From the human T2T-CHM13v2.0 reference genome, Homo sapiens, in the NCBI GenBank assembly GCA_009914755.4, contig CP068257.2, positions 32,832,001 to 32,896,000 of the forward strand: 64,000 nucleotides of DNA, written 5' to 3'. This document shows, piece by piece, positions 39,766 through 62,025 of the stretch. Every line of letters begins with the position of its first letter. Position 1 is the stretch's first letter. The translations under genes and the position numbers were made by a program. Under the pieces are notes generated by a model that had not been told where the DNA came from, searched no databases, and saw only the letters and a program-made list of their open reading frames with translations.

Positions 39766-41406
39766 CTTTAGTTTTTACAGGGAGCCAAACATCCCATGAT
39801 TCTCACTTCCATGATTATTGTTTTAAGCTACTATTACTCTCTTGCTTATCAAGTTGTTCATTTACTTCTCAGGCTAGCTAGGTGCCTGGAATTTCCCTTT
39901 AAGAAACTCAAGATTTTTTAATTCCTCTGTTTGGTGCTGGGGAGACCAGGCCCCTAAGAGGGGTCCCTGCTCCATCTCATTTGTGAGAGCTTATGAGACA
40001 GCCGCTCCAGGGCTGGCCAGTAGCTCAGGAGGAGGAAGAGTCAGTGGCAGGGAAAGGGAGGTCCAGCTCGCCTGGGAGATAGGAGCTCTTCCAGCACTGG
40101 GCTGGGAAACCATTCTCTGGCAGCCCTGCCACTCAGTGGACCCTCAACTTCTCCTTAATTTCCTAGGCAGTATAAGGGTAAGTACAAGTAAAAAGAAATT
40201 GAATTTTCCCTGGTGCCAAAAGGCAAAGAGAAGTCCCTCCCTCCCTTTTCTTAGAGTATTTCCTTTATAATCCTTTCTCTGTCTCTTTGGGAGGTATATA
40301 AACCTTTCTGAAAGCTAAACAAGCCCTTTGCCACTTTGGCTTCCCAGGAATGTGCTTCTCGGGGGCCTCGGAGCCATCTCTTTGAAATGTGAACATTAAG
40401 ATGGATGGTGCCCTGTCTCCTGTCTCTCTGGGAGCTTTGCCTAGGAGTCTGGCTACAAGTTGTAGCATATGAGAGTTTTCTTCTTCCTTTGGATGAGTGC
40501 AATTAACACATATGTAATAGATTCTATCTGCCTGGCTATGTAAGAGGGTGATACATTTTTTCTGTCTTTGCAATTTCTTTAGTGGATTGCTTTTGATGTG
40601 TGTTGCAATCTGGTTTAATGCATATGTAATAATAACACTTTTTTTCATTTCGTATATTTTTGGACAGGTTTTCTAGATTGGCAGATTTTATTTTAAATTT
40701 CCGCAACAGCAGCAAGTCCTAGCATACCTCAACATCATCCCAGGAACACCCCACCCTTGGGGAGGAAATATGCCAGAGATAGGAAGGGCCACTTCTAAAT
40801 ACAAGAGAGTCATCAGGCACCTGTCAGGAGGGAGAGTATCCAGTCTCTAGAGATGGAAATGTCAACCTAAAAGGAAGAAGCAAAGGCAGAATTAATATAG
40901 AGAGTTTATTTGGGCCAAGGTTGAGAGCTGCAGCCATGGATGCACTTCCAAGTTGCCTTGGGGAGTGCTCTGGAGGACAAAGAAGAGCCTCAAGTTTTTA
41001 AAGAAAAAAGGAAGAATCATGAGAGAAGCAATTACGAAAGCTGCTCATCAGGAATTTTCATTAGTTTACAGAAATAACATTGGTTAGTGATTGGCTATAC
41101 ATTGTTGCAACTTGGCATTCATCTGCAGCCCACATAGCAAGTGGCTTCAAGAGGTCATTATTCAGTTCCAGGGAGAGTGAGACCTGATTGTGGTCACATT
41201 TTAAATGCCTTTCTGGGCCTGATGATTTAAAGGGCTCACATTCCTCAGATAAAGGTTTTTTTTCTTTCTCAGATTGAAGTATTCTGGTGCACTCAGCCTT
41301 TGGACAGAAAGGAGTGGAGATTCTCATTACATATGGGTGCTTGCCTTAGTTGTTTTAAATTTATGTGCAACCAGGCTGTTTCTCCCATATAAAAGCACCC
41401 CTAAAC

Positions 41407-41737
<331 letters not shown>

Positions 41738-43373
41738 CTAACAAGAGCCAACAGTCTCTGTTGAGACCTTCCTACCCTTCAAGAGAACACCAAATTGGTT
41801 GATGAACATAGTGGAGAGGAACGGGGATCTCCATCATTGGGACCAAGAGAGGCTGTGAAACATGATAAACGCTGGTCTAGAACAGTATGGAGAGGCACAT
41901 GTAGTAGCGGGTTCAACTAGCAAAGAGAAGACAGCGTCCTTTGCAATTTTATGTGAGTCCTTCCAATCAGATGACCTTACAGAGGTTTTAAGTTTAGGTT
42001 TTGTTTTTTTTTTGAATTTGTGATGACTTTTTGGAGTTTGGCTCAACTGTCTTGTAGAACATCCCTCATTCTAGCTTTGTCAGACAGCTTCGTCAGGGCC
42101 TCCTTGACTTGTCCTTCTCTCCTCTGTATTTCCTGTAACTGGATGTGGATCTAAAGGCTGAACTGGGCTCATGAGAAGAATCCTTCACAGGTGTGATGGT
42201 TAATACTGAGTGTCAACCCGATTGGATTGAAGGATACAAAGTATTGATCCTGGGTTTGTTTGTGAGGTTGTTGCCAAAGGAGATTAACGTCTGAGTCAGA
42301 AGGGTGGGAAAGGCAGACCCACTCTTAATCTGGGTGGGCACCATTAGCTGCTAGTGCAGCTAGAATATAAGCAGGCAGAAAATGTGAAAAGAGACTGTCC
42401 CAGCCTCCCAGCCTACATCTTTGTCTCGTGCTGGATGCTTCCTGCCCTCAAACATCGGACTACAAGTTCTTCAGTTTGGATCTCCCTGCTCTCAGAGACT
42501 GGCTCTCCTTGCTCCTCAGCCTGCAGATAGCTTATTGTGGGACCTTGTGATTATGTGAGTTAATACTTAATAAACTCATATATATATATTCATTCCATTA
42601 GTTCTGCCCCTCTAGAGAACCCTAACTAATACAACAGATGGATCCCATCAGGACACATGATGACAGCCCATCCCTGCTGGCATTGCTCACTTTGATAATT
42701 TAGGGAAGGTGACAGTCACCGTATCTTTCATAGTAAACGTGCATTTTCCTTCTCAAAATTAGTAAATACTGTAATTTGTTGAATTATACTTTGACATCCT
42801 GTTCCTCAACAACCTTTCACCCAATAAGGTTTGGCATCCACTGAAGGTGCTTCCCTGAATCTATTTCTTCTTTGAGGGTTGCAATAAATGTATATCTTTT
42901 TTCTACATTTATTGGAGGAAGTCTTCCCTAAAGAAGAGTTCTCTTTTCTCTCTCTGTTCCTTTTTCTTTTTTTTTGAGTATCACTGTGAATTCATGGATT
43001 TCTTTATAACTCAATGTCAACTGCCATCATTATTATTTCTGATACTTAATCTCAATTTGGCCGGTGGGACCCTCTTCAAGCTGCCTCTGCTGTTCGTTTG
43101 ACATGATCCCATTAGTCCGTGATTTCCTTATTTTCTGGTACAATAAGGTGTCCTAGGCTCAACTTGTAATTTACCTGCTTTTGACTTGTAATCAGCCGGT
43201 TCAATGAGGATCCCTGGTTCCCTTTCCTGGGGAATGGTACTTAGATACCAAGTTCAAGGCATGAGGTGTGCCCATTGCTATTACAATGTTATGACTTCTA
43301 GGCTCTTTGACTGAAATTAATTACAGACACACACATACATACGTGTACTTATGAATTCACACTGACATTTCTT

Positions 43374-50540
<7,167 letters not shown>

Positions 50541-50547
50541 GGCAATT

Positions 50548-50625
50548 TATTTTTATTTTTTATAGAGACAAGGTCTCACAATGTTGCCCAGGTTGGTCTT
50601 GAACTCCTGGGCTCAAGCTTCCCAA
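50548..50625 (-). mobile_element. Partial Alu (right-arm end only), antisense
   Basis: tttatagagacaaggtctcacaatgttgcccaggttggtcttgaactcctgggctcaagcttcccaaag. Confidence 0.7.
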
Positions 50626-52839
50626 AGACACTGATATTTATAATTTAAATTTAACATTACTGAATTATTATTTAACTTTATTTTATTTAATAATTGTATC
50701 TATTTTCCCCTTCAAAGGAAATTATGTTTCCTAAAAACATGTTTGTATAACATACATATATATACACATACATATGATTAATATATATACACACAGTACT
50801 TTCTTGTTCTATCCAAAAACATTCACATAGCAGTCTCAAAATGATAATAATAGCTTTGTTACAAACAATAAATCCAGTAAGGGCAAAGCTTATTTGTAAC
50901 ACTTTCTGTTCCCAGAGAGTATCCAACTAAGGCTGTGCAGCCCAAGTGCCACGTTTGACAGTTTCTTAAAATGATTCTTTTTGCCATGTTATCAGTTTGA
51001 TATATAGTTGGCCTCATTTCTTTGTGTGTACAATTTTGGACTGCTTTCTCTGATCTTTTTTATTTCATTTATGTTTTGCATAATGTAAAACACTTACATG
51101 GTTCAAAAGTCAAAACTATTTTTGAAAGTACAGAGAATTCTTTCTTCCAGCCCTATCCCTCTACACCATTCCTACCCACTTGTATGGTTAATCATTTTTA
51201 TTGGTTTTTGGCTTATCTTTCCAGTGTTTCTTTACAATAAGCAAATATGTATATGTACACACATATATAATCTTATTTTTCAAAAAATAACACCATATAT
51301 GCACTGTCTGTATTTGGCCTTTTCTACTAACAATATATCTTGGATATTATTCCATAGTGGTTAATGGCAGGCATTTTTTATTCTTCTTTCTTATGGCTGC
51401 ATAGCACTTCACTATGTGACTCTACCATAATTCACTCAAATTCATTTCAACCAGTTTCCCATTGGTGGACACCTGAAAAACTCCTATCTCTCGATATTTG
51501 GTTAGTTGCCTCAACTGCATGCCAACTTCTGCTTTGGAGTGGATAAGGAAGGTAAGACCTTTGGGGACAAGACTCAAGACTCAGCCACTTTTGTCCCAAA
51601 GCTACAGGACTTGTTCTGCCTGCCAATGCTGTCTCTTTCTTCAGCAAAAGTGGGATTAAGCGTGTGTATAATGCCAGGTATGAAGCTGCACTGCTATGCA
51701 AGTTGGACTTCTCAATCAGCATAAAAGAGCTGACCATTGGAACCATCCGAAATCTCATGAAGAGGGTTGAGGGACTCTACTTATGTACATTTTACAGCAG
51801 AGAGTAGGACCGGGTAAGTCAAGGTTATCCACTATAGTAAGTTACTGCTCAAAGGAAAACTGATAGAAAAAGGGTCTCCACCTTCTTAAACACAGAAGCA
51901 GTCTGCTTCAGGCAGAAGATGACAGGCAACTCTTCTAGTAGAACTTGAGGTATACATTCATGGCTCCATTGAGAATGGAGATGGGGTTTCAAGCATGGAA
52001 GTGGGGACAGTGACCCATCAGTCTGAGAAGACACTTTTATGCCCACATCTCAAGCATTGCTATTATTTTAGAAGTAGATGCTCAGTTGTCTGATAAAGAG
52101 TATGATATCATCCCTATTGGTTTTAGGACCTAGAAATAGATTTGCAGGACCCTAAGGGCAGGATAGAGGTGGATGAGAAGGTTTATAGTTTTTGGGTCCA
52201 AGAGGTGGTGGTTGGTTAGCGTATGGGAGAAGAACCAGCAGAACCTGAGGGTGTAAGGGTTGATAGACAAAACAAAGCTCTAAGTACATGGGCCCCAGGC
52301 CAGCGCCCAGAAACAAGCCCAGACACAAGAACCCAGCCCCATACTATGATCTCACCCCTAGCAGGCCCCCATTCACTCTGCAGCTGAATGTCCAGGACTT
52401 CTGCAGGTTAAAGAATGACATCTGCTAATCTCCAGTCAAGGTGCACCTCAGCTACACTCTGGACTGTAGTAACAATGTGCACCATTGTCTGTATGCCCTG
52501 GGGAATCACTAGACTCCAAGGTGGGCTTTGAACTTGGTGTTGTCACCAACCAGTGGGTGGGGACCTGGGAGTCCCATACCTTAGTGTAGGAATGTTGATG
52601 TCATGGGTATTGGGGACAGAGGAGATGGACTGCATTCATGCATGCTTTTGCTGTTGTGCCAGCTCTCTAAAATACCTTGCCTTTTTTGGTCTATGTATCA
52701 GAGACCTTTCCATCTGTCAACAATCAACATTAGCATCACCTTGCTAATAGAGCTTTTCTTGGGCCCCCTTTGGTAGAAGGGTAGTCTACTCCTTCCTTTT
52801 GGTTCCTAATCCAGTCCTGACTGGATTATAAGGACTTCA

Positions 52840-52935
52840 ATTCATCTCTATAACTAGTATTTAGCACTGTGTCAGGCACCTAGCTGGTACTCAGTAACTG
52901 TTCAGAGAATGAGTGAATAAATGAATGAATGATTC
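52840..52935 (+). repeat. MIR SINE 3' tail fragment
   Basis: gcactgtgtcaggcacctagctggtactcagtaactgttcagagaatgagtgaataaatgaatgaatga resembles MIR ..acagtgcctggcacatagtaggcgctcaataaatgtttgttgaatgaatgaa. Confidence 0.55.
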
Positions 52936-54889
52936 CAACAGATGAAGGAACTGGCCTGAAAATGACTTGCCTATTTGCCAAATTCACCCAGCTTTTTAGT
53001 TTCTCACCTTCTGACACCAATCAGGAATAAAAGCCAAAACCTAGATTGGCTTTTCATCCCAAGACATGTCCTGTCCTTTATATGGGTGTGGACTTACGTT
53101 AGAGCCCTTGTCATTCCTAATAATTCCCTCTTGTGCCTACCTGGATGGAGCTCACCTTGGGCTATGATTAGGAGAGCCTATCTCCAGCACCTGCACTCAC
53201 TCACCTGACTCCACCTGATGACTTGACCTATTTGTTCCTCCATCAGTCAACATGAGTGCATTGGAGACTTACTGTCCGTTGTTCTCTGTGGACACATGTG
53301 AAGTGCAAAGACATGCTAAGGCAACTGGCCTGAGCCTGTAATTCAGCCAAGGCTGGTAATGACACATGATCAGAGGTCACAACACTCTTTTTAAGTCACA
53401 GCAGTTTCCCTTAAGCATGGCTTTAGAGTCTCTGAGCTCACCATGACTTCTATTAGAGATAGCATAAGCCTACAGTGCTTTCCCTACTCTTTGTTCTCAT
53501 TCACCACTCAGCACCACACTTTTGGCACCAGATAGATGGGGATTTTTCCCACACGTATCAGTAAAGCAATTCTGCAGCACACACCAATGAGGTGTCCTGC
53601 AATTCAATTCAATTCTGATGCTAACTACCCAAAGATGTCATCAAATCCCACAGGGTGAGGGCTTAGTCCTATAAGACTCTCCCCAACCTTGCACACCAAT
53701 TGCAAGCCCTAGGATGTGACCTGTGCCTTTGACCAACCAGCTACAAATTGAGGTTCCTACAACCCCCTCCTTGGGTTCAATTAATTTGTTAGAGCAGCTC
53801 ACAGAATTCAGGGAAACACTTTGCTTATGTTTATCCCTTATGATAAGGGACATTACAAAGGGTAAAATAAACAGCCAGCTGAAAGGGAGGCACAGGATGA
53901 GGTATGTGGGAAGGGCTGAGAAGCTCCCATGCCCTCCTAGGGACCACCCTCCAGGAAGCTCCACATGTTCAGCTGTCCAGAGCTCCCAAAACTCAGCCCT
54001 TTTGGGTTTTTATGGAAGCTTCATTATATAGGCATGACTGACTACATCATGGGCCATTGGTGATCAGCTTAACTTTCAGCCTCTCTCCCCACCCTGGAGT
54101 TTGGAAGTGGGGCTGTAAGTCCTAACCCTCTAATCATGCCTTGGTCTATGGACGACCAGTTCCCATCCTGAAGTTACCTAGAGGACTCATCCACCCATTA
54201 CTCATTAGCATACAAAAGACACTCATCACTCTGGAGACTTCAACTGTATATCAGGAAACATGGATGAAGACCAAATATGTATTTCACAATATTATAGCTG
54301 CCATCAGCCATGGGTGAGTTTCTCATCATTCAAAGTTTCCTTCTTTTTTAGAAACCACCTGTTTTACTCTAAACAAAGTAGATTCTTATGAAAGGTAGGC
54401 TGTTTGGGGGTCCAGAATTTCAACATATGCCACCAAACCCTTTTCTTCCCTCTGAATTTTTGGAGGCGCACCTCACCTTGTGAATTTGTAGCACCCCAAA
54501 CCAGTAAGCACACACATTCAAATACATGTACATGCCCACAGCTACCCACTAGTAAGCACCATCCCCCATGTCCGGTCACACAGATGTGAGAAGATGGAGA
54601 AATGTTCACCTAAACAGCTGGTGTGTGAAGTCCTGCCTCTGTCAGCTGAGCTCACATGGGAAAGATCCCCAGTCCCTAGGCCCCACATCAATGGGCACAG
54701 GGCCTTCGGAGGAAAGGACAACCACTCCGTCGTGGAGGGAGAACACTTTGGACTCGGGTGTGTGTTTGAGGGATTCCAGAGGGTAGAGGTTGAGGAAGAG
54801 GAGTTGGGAGAGTGAGAAGGTAGGATGTTGCACAGGATGAGACCCTTCCTCTCAAACCAAACCTAATAGCCAATAAGTACAGGAAAAGA

Positions 54890-56001
<1,112 letters not shown>

Positions 56002-58548
56002 ACCTTGATCACCTTTTTTTTTTTGGAAAGCAATGAGGGAGCAACACTTTGTTACCTGGGAGGCGTGGACCAAAAGAGAGGCAGAGGCTGGAGGGAGAGT
56101 GTGAGGCAGGGATCAATGGGCATCATGCCAGGCTTAGGGCATCCCCAAAGCTGTGGGATTGGGGCTTGAAGCCCAGGTCTTAGAGACCTGAGCAGGCCCA
56201 GCTGACACAGGCTGCAAACAAATGTCCTCTCATCCTCACCGCAATCCCTACAAGCTGCTCACCTCCTGTTGCCATGTGGATGTGTCCTGAGTGGCCCACG
56301 CAGATTTCTACACTTGATCCCCTCGCTTGAAATAAAAGGAGATAAAGTGAGTACAAACACCCTTATGCATTACTGTAGCTCAAACGAGGCCAGACTAGAT
56401 CCTAAAGAAGACCTGGCGTGGGCCATCTTCTAGAGTCATCCCACCTCCCAGGACAAGCAAAGGTCCTGCCTCCAAGTCATTGCAACTTATATGACACAGC
56501 AAGGCAATATAGACTCTGGGGGAAAAAGTTTTTTAACTACAGTATTTTTAAAATAGAACATTATTTTGAAATTACTTCGACATCTACTGTCAGGTGACTT
56601 GTAAAAGCGCTTGTATGTTAAATGCTCTACATTAGGAGATTATTTTGTTCTTGAGTCCCTACAGAGAATTCCTTGGGAATGAAGTGCTATTGTGCATTCA
56701 GAATTATGTGGCTATAGCCATATTGCAGGCCGGGAACTCAGGAATGTCCCCTCTGTCCCAGCTCTTCAAGTTGGGCCCTACAGATCCCACGGGGACAAGC
56801 TTTTGGAAAATTGCTGGGTTTCTAGACCAATCACGTCTTTGAAATGTCTTCTTGTCACTCCGTGGTTTCTTGCTTCAGCTTAACCCCACTGGCCCCATAG
56901 ATCAGGCAGCTCACAATTTGAACACAGCCAGGGGGCATGGAGGATGAGAACCAATCTATCCTGACAATCCTGGCAGCACGTGGGGAAAGCCAGGCCCAAG
57001 TTTCCATATGTGAACACATTACATTGTCTCCACCAAGAAAAGAGCCCCTGTGAAATATTCATGTGCGTCACCCACTTTGCCTTAGGTTCCATTACCTAAG
57101 GGACAGACCTGGTGTTGCTCAACAGTGCCAGGCTTAGCACTGCCAGGGGAGATCTGCAGCTACAAAGAGTTAAAGAAGAAGGAATTGAATTGAGTTATAA
57201 GCAATACATCTAATAAATATTTATTGAGTGACTATTTCATTCCAAGCATTCTGCTAGGTGCTGAGAAATCAGAAACAAATACATTGAACTCATTGGCAAA
57301 CTAGCTGGGGAGATGGGCAGGGAAGCCAACTGTTGCAGTCTGGTGAGAGTTGTGCTGGGGAATGCAGTGGCTTTGCAGGAGCCCGGAGCAGAGACATGTA
57401 GTTCTGCTTGGTGGGATTGAGCAGATGTCAGGCAAAGCTTCCCAAAGGACACGATGCTCAAGAAGGGTCCTGAAGAATGATTTGAAGCTGGAAAGTCAGA
57501 GGAAAGCATCGAAGGTGAAGGCACAGAGGTAGGGGATGCATGGCACACCCAGAGAACTGCAGACGCCCTGTCATGCCTGCAGTCTTCACGGGAGGTGAGA
57601 AAGAATTTCCAGGGTACATGGATGCATGTTAGGAGGCTGAGACTGGTCTTTGAAGATGATCAGACATAGGCTTGAAGACTTGATGCTTTCAAAAGCTCGC
57701 TCTGACAGTAGCGTAGAGAAGGAATGGGGGAAGCTTTGCTTATAATAAAGTGAGAAATGATGGGGGCTGAATTAAGAGAATGGCTCTGGGGGTGGAGTAT
57801 GAGAGTATTTCCTAAAGATAGAAGAGAGAATGGCCAGGACTTGAGAGTGGCTGAAGTCGGGTACAGGGAGACAGGAGACACCTTTTATGGCCATAGCTTG
57901 AGTCACTGTGTGGACAGGCGTGCTCATCATTGAGACCAGGAAGCTTGGAGGGGAAAACGCTCATATGCAATTCTGAAGTTCCTAAGAGACAACTGGATAA
58001 CACACAAGGATGAATGTGAAACAAACAAGGGGCTAGGTCCCGTAAGCTCATCAGAACTTCTTTCTGAAAGAAGTAAAGCACATCTCTAATGACAACAGAA
58101 ATAACCACAAACCTGCGAGTCAGCCTCAAATATCTTTCCTGGGGGATTAAATGATGGCTGAGGGACGGGGTACCCCAGAATGTCCCTTGCACAGGAAAGG
58201 ACCTAGAGAAGAGAGACTGTTTTTTGAGCAGGTCACATTCAGCTTACTGCAATGTCTTTGCTTTAAACGGTCCCCTGCATTATAAGAATGGAGTTTATAT
58301 GAGAGGTGAGAGGGTCCCAGTGACTTAGCAACCGTGGCATGCTTCTGCAAACATTTCAAAGACCTCTACTCTGGCTTTTAGAATGCTTTCTAGAGCAAGT
58401 AGCATGCATAACGACACCACTACCTGGAATTATACACTGTCTTTCTTCAGAGGCACACAAAGAGCTTAACACATTACCTTAGTTCTAGGTTAGCTGCTTT
58501 GTTTCATGCATGCTTGCTGGTGTTTCTGGAAGAACATTTATGAGGTGA

Positions 58549-59218
<670 letters not shown>

Positions 59219-60009
59219 TAATTTTCACTATTATTTTTTAATAGAAAGCATGCAAAAAGAGACGACACAGTCATTGGACAGTATTACAAAAAATAGTCAT
59301 AGAAGTGAATATAAATGATGCAAAATGCAATACAGCTAGAGTCCCTTCTTCACCCTTTTTATTGATATGTTCACCCAAGTGTTCGCACACATAGAAGCAG
59401 GTGGTTTTCTTTACTACAGTAGTATAGTTTGGAGTGTTTATGCTTCACTAATGGTACAAAATTAGCTGAGAAAAGATTTAAATTGGTGTTTTAATTATCC
59501 AGTGTGATAACAAACCACCTAAAAATGTAGTGGTATAAAACAACTACTGTGTATTTTCTCACACTACTTTGTGGAGGTTTAAAAACACCACAAATTCATC
59601 ACCTTGGTTTCTGTGGGTCAAAACAACCCAAATTCATCATCTCGGTTTCCATGGGTCAGAACTGCAGGTACGGGTTGGCTGGGGCCTCTGCTCAGGGTCT
59701 CATCAGGTTGAAATCAAGGTGACAGCCAGAGCTGTGGTCTCATCTGAACTAATGCAGAACTCACCAGAGCACATGTAGTGTTGGTAGAATCCATTTCCTT
59801 GTGGTTGGAGGACGGAGGTGTCCTCTTCCTTGCTGGCTGCTGGCCGGGGGCCATCCTCAGCTCCTAGAGGCTGCCCTCAAGTCCTGGCCACATGGCACCC
59901 CAGTCTCACCTTGTGGCAGCTCCAGGCCAGCAGGGGACACCACTGCTCCCTCCAGTGTCCTCTCAGGGTTCACCTGATTGAGTCAGGCCCATCAGGATAA
60001 TCTTCCTTC

Positions 60010-60322
60010 TTTTTTTTTTTTAACTTTTTTTTTGTTTTTGAGACAGAGTCTCGCTCTGTCACCCAGGCTGGAGTGTAGTGGCCCAGTCTCAGCTCACTGC
60101 AAGCTCCGCCTCCCAGGTTCATGACATTCTCCTGCCTCAGCCTCCCCAGTAGCTGGGACTACAGGTGCCTGCCACCATGCCTGGCTAATTTTTTGTAATT
60201 TTAGTAGAGACAGGGTTTCACCACATTAGCCAGGATGGTCTCGATCTCCTGACCTCGTGATCCGCCCGCCTCGGCCTCTCCCAAAGTGCTGGGATTACAG
60301 GCGTGAGCCACCACGCCTGGCC
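60010..60322 (-). mobile_element. Alu SINE (antisense)
   Basis: T-rich tail + gagacagagtctcgctctgtcacccaggctggagtgtagtggcccagtctcagctcactgcaagctccgcctcccaggttcatgacattctcctgcctcagcctccccagtagctgggactacaggtgcctgccaccatgcctggc...gggattacaggcgtgagccaccacgcctggcc. Confidence 0.9.
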
Positions 60323-60324
60323 CC

Positions 60325-60490
60325 TTTTTCAACTTTTATTTTAGGTTCAGGAGTACATGTGCAGGTTCATTATTGGGGTAAACTTGTGTCATGGGGGTTT
60401 GTTGTACAGATTATTTCGTCACCCAGGTACTAAACCTAGTACCCAGTAGTTATTTTTTTCTGATCCTCTTTCTCCTCCCACCCTCCACTC
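60325..60490 (-). mobile_element. Short L1 3'-terminal fragment (antisense) directly adjoining the Alu
   Basis: tttcaacttttattttaggttcaggagtacatgtgcaggttcattattggggtaaacttgtgtcatgggggtttgttgtacagattatttcgtcacccaggtactaaacctagtacccagtagttattttt is the reverse complement of the L1 3'UTR end. Confidence 0.8.
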
Positions 60491-61993
60491 TCAAGTAGCC
60501 ACTGTGTCTGTCAATCATCCTTCTTGATAAACTCAAAGTCAAACGAGTCCAGATCTTACCTACATCTGCAAAATCAATTTTTCCTATAAAGGAACGTAAT
60601 CACAGAAGCACTGTCCCACAGTAGTACGAGTGCTGAGCCGTTGTAGGCAGAGAGGGTTGTCCTGCCCACACTCAAGGGGAGAGAGTGCAGGGCCAGTTCA
60701 CCCCTCACGCGGAAGTGGCAGTGCTGGGGGCTCACTTCGTGCTCTGCTCACCACAACTCCAAACTCACAACTTTATTCCCACCAATCCCATCCCCTCCAG
60801 TCCAGGGGGCACACACTCCAGCAGGACTTCAGCTGAGCCCAGGGAACGCTTTGCTGACTGGTGATGAGGGACCTACCTCTTCACACCCATGACACCCACC
60901 CGCTGAGCCCCTCACCGGGGCTCCGAAGGCCCTGGTCAGGTCACCTCTGGTCTCACTTTCCATTCTCCCCTCCTTCCTCCCCTCCAGCCACAGGGTCCTT
61001 CTCGATGTGCCCAGACATGGTGGGTGCACACTTGTCTGACAGCCTCTCTTCTTTTCCCTTTGCTTGGAATGCTCTCTTCCCAGTTACCAAAGATACTCAG
61101 GCTCTCTCCCCAATTTCCTTCAGGCCCTTGCTCCAAAAGCTCCTTCCGGGTGAAGCCTCCCCTCCCATCCTCCTTAAAGCTTCAGCCTCTACCTGGGACA
61201 CTTCCTCCCCCACTGCCTGCCTCCTTGAAACTCTCCTTAGTCCTCTTGCAGCCCACACAGCTGAACACAGGCAGGAGGGGGCGCTGCTGCCCTGGCTGGT
61301 GTGCAGCCACCAGAGGCTGAAGCTCACTGACGTCTGTCTGGGGCCCAGGATCACCTTCCTTGATTCCAGCTCTCTCAGGCTGTCAGGACCTGGCGCTGGG
61401 AGGCACTAGGCCATGCCCTGGCCTGAGGCCTTCTCTCTCCCTCTTTGCCCTGTGTCTCTGCAGGGAAGCCCGGCCCTGCCCCTGGGAGGGTGGGGGCAGA
61501 CGTGTGGAGAGTGGGTGTACAAGGCCAGGGTTTGCCAGGCCCAGGACAGCCTGGCACCTGTCAATGGATGAGCGCCTCTCCCTTAGCCTGATGTCAGGGT
61601 GGGCATGAGGGTGGGAGCAGAGGGTGCCTAACTGAGGAAAGGGTCTGTGCAACCCCCTTCTCCTACCAGTTCTCGTTTCTGAAGTCTCCTCAAGCACACT
61701 GCGGTGTCCACACCATTGGCAGCAGGCTCCTTCTCTTCAGGTGGTCTTAGGAACTTCTCAGAACTTTTTGAGTTATCCTTCTGGTCTCTTCCTCCTGAGC
61801 ACGGTTCTCCTGGTTGAGCTCCAGGCCATGCCATTCAACGCCCTCCAGGACAGGCCGAAGGGCTTGTCTGTTTGGTGGTTGCTAAGGTTTGAAAAAAGCC
61901 AGCTGGAAACTTAATCCCCAAAGCAACAGTGTTGGGAGGTGGGACCTAATGGGAGGTGTTTAGTCATGAGGGCTCCACCCTTATGAATGGATT

Positions 61994-62025
61994 CTCTCTC
62001 TCTTGTTCTCTCTCTCTCTCTTCCC
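61994..62025. repeat. (CT)n simple repeat
   Basis: ctctctctcttgttctctctctctctcttcc. Confidence 0.85.

Noticed and set aside
60861-61409. 182-aa plus-strand ORF, the longest in the window
   Set aside because: It is a Pro/Ser/Leu-rich low-complexity peptide in a GC-rich block with overlapping ORFs in other frames and on the opposite strand. It has no recognisable domain, no start context of note and no splice support. I treat it as a compositional artefact unless PhyloCSF/BLASTP say otherwise.
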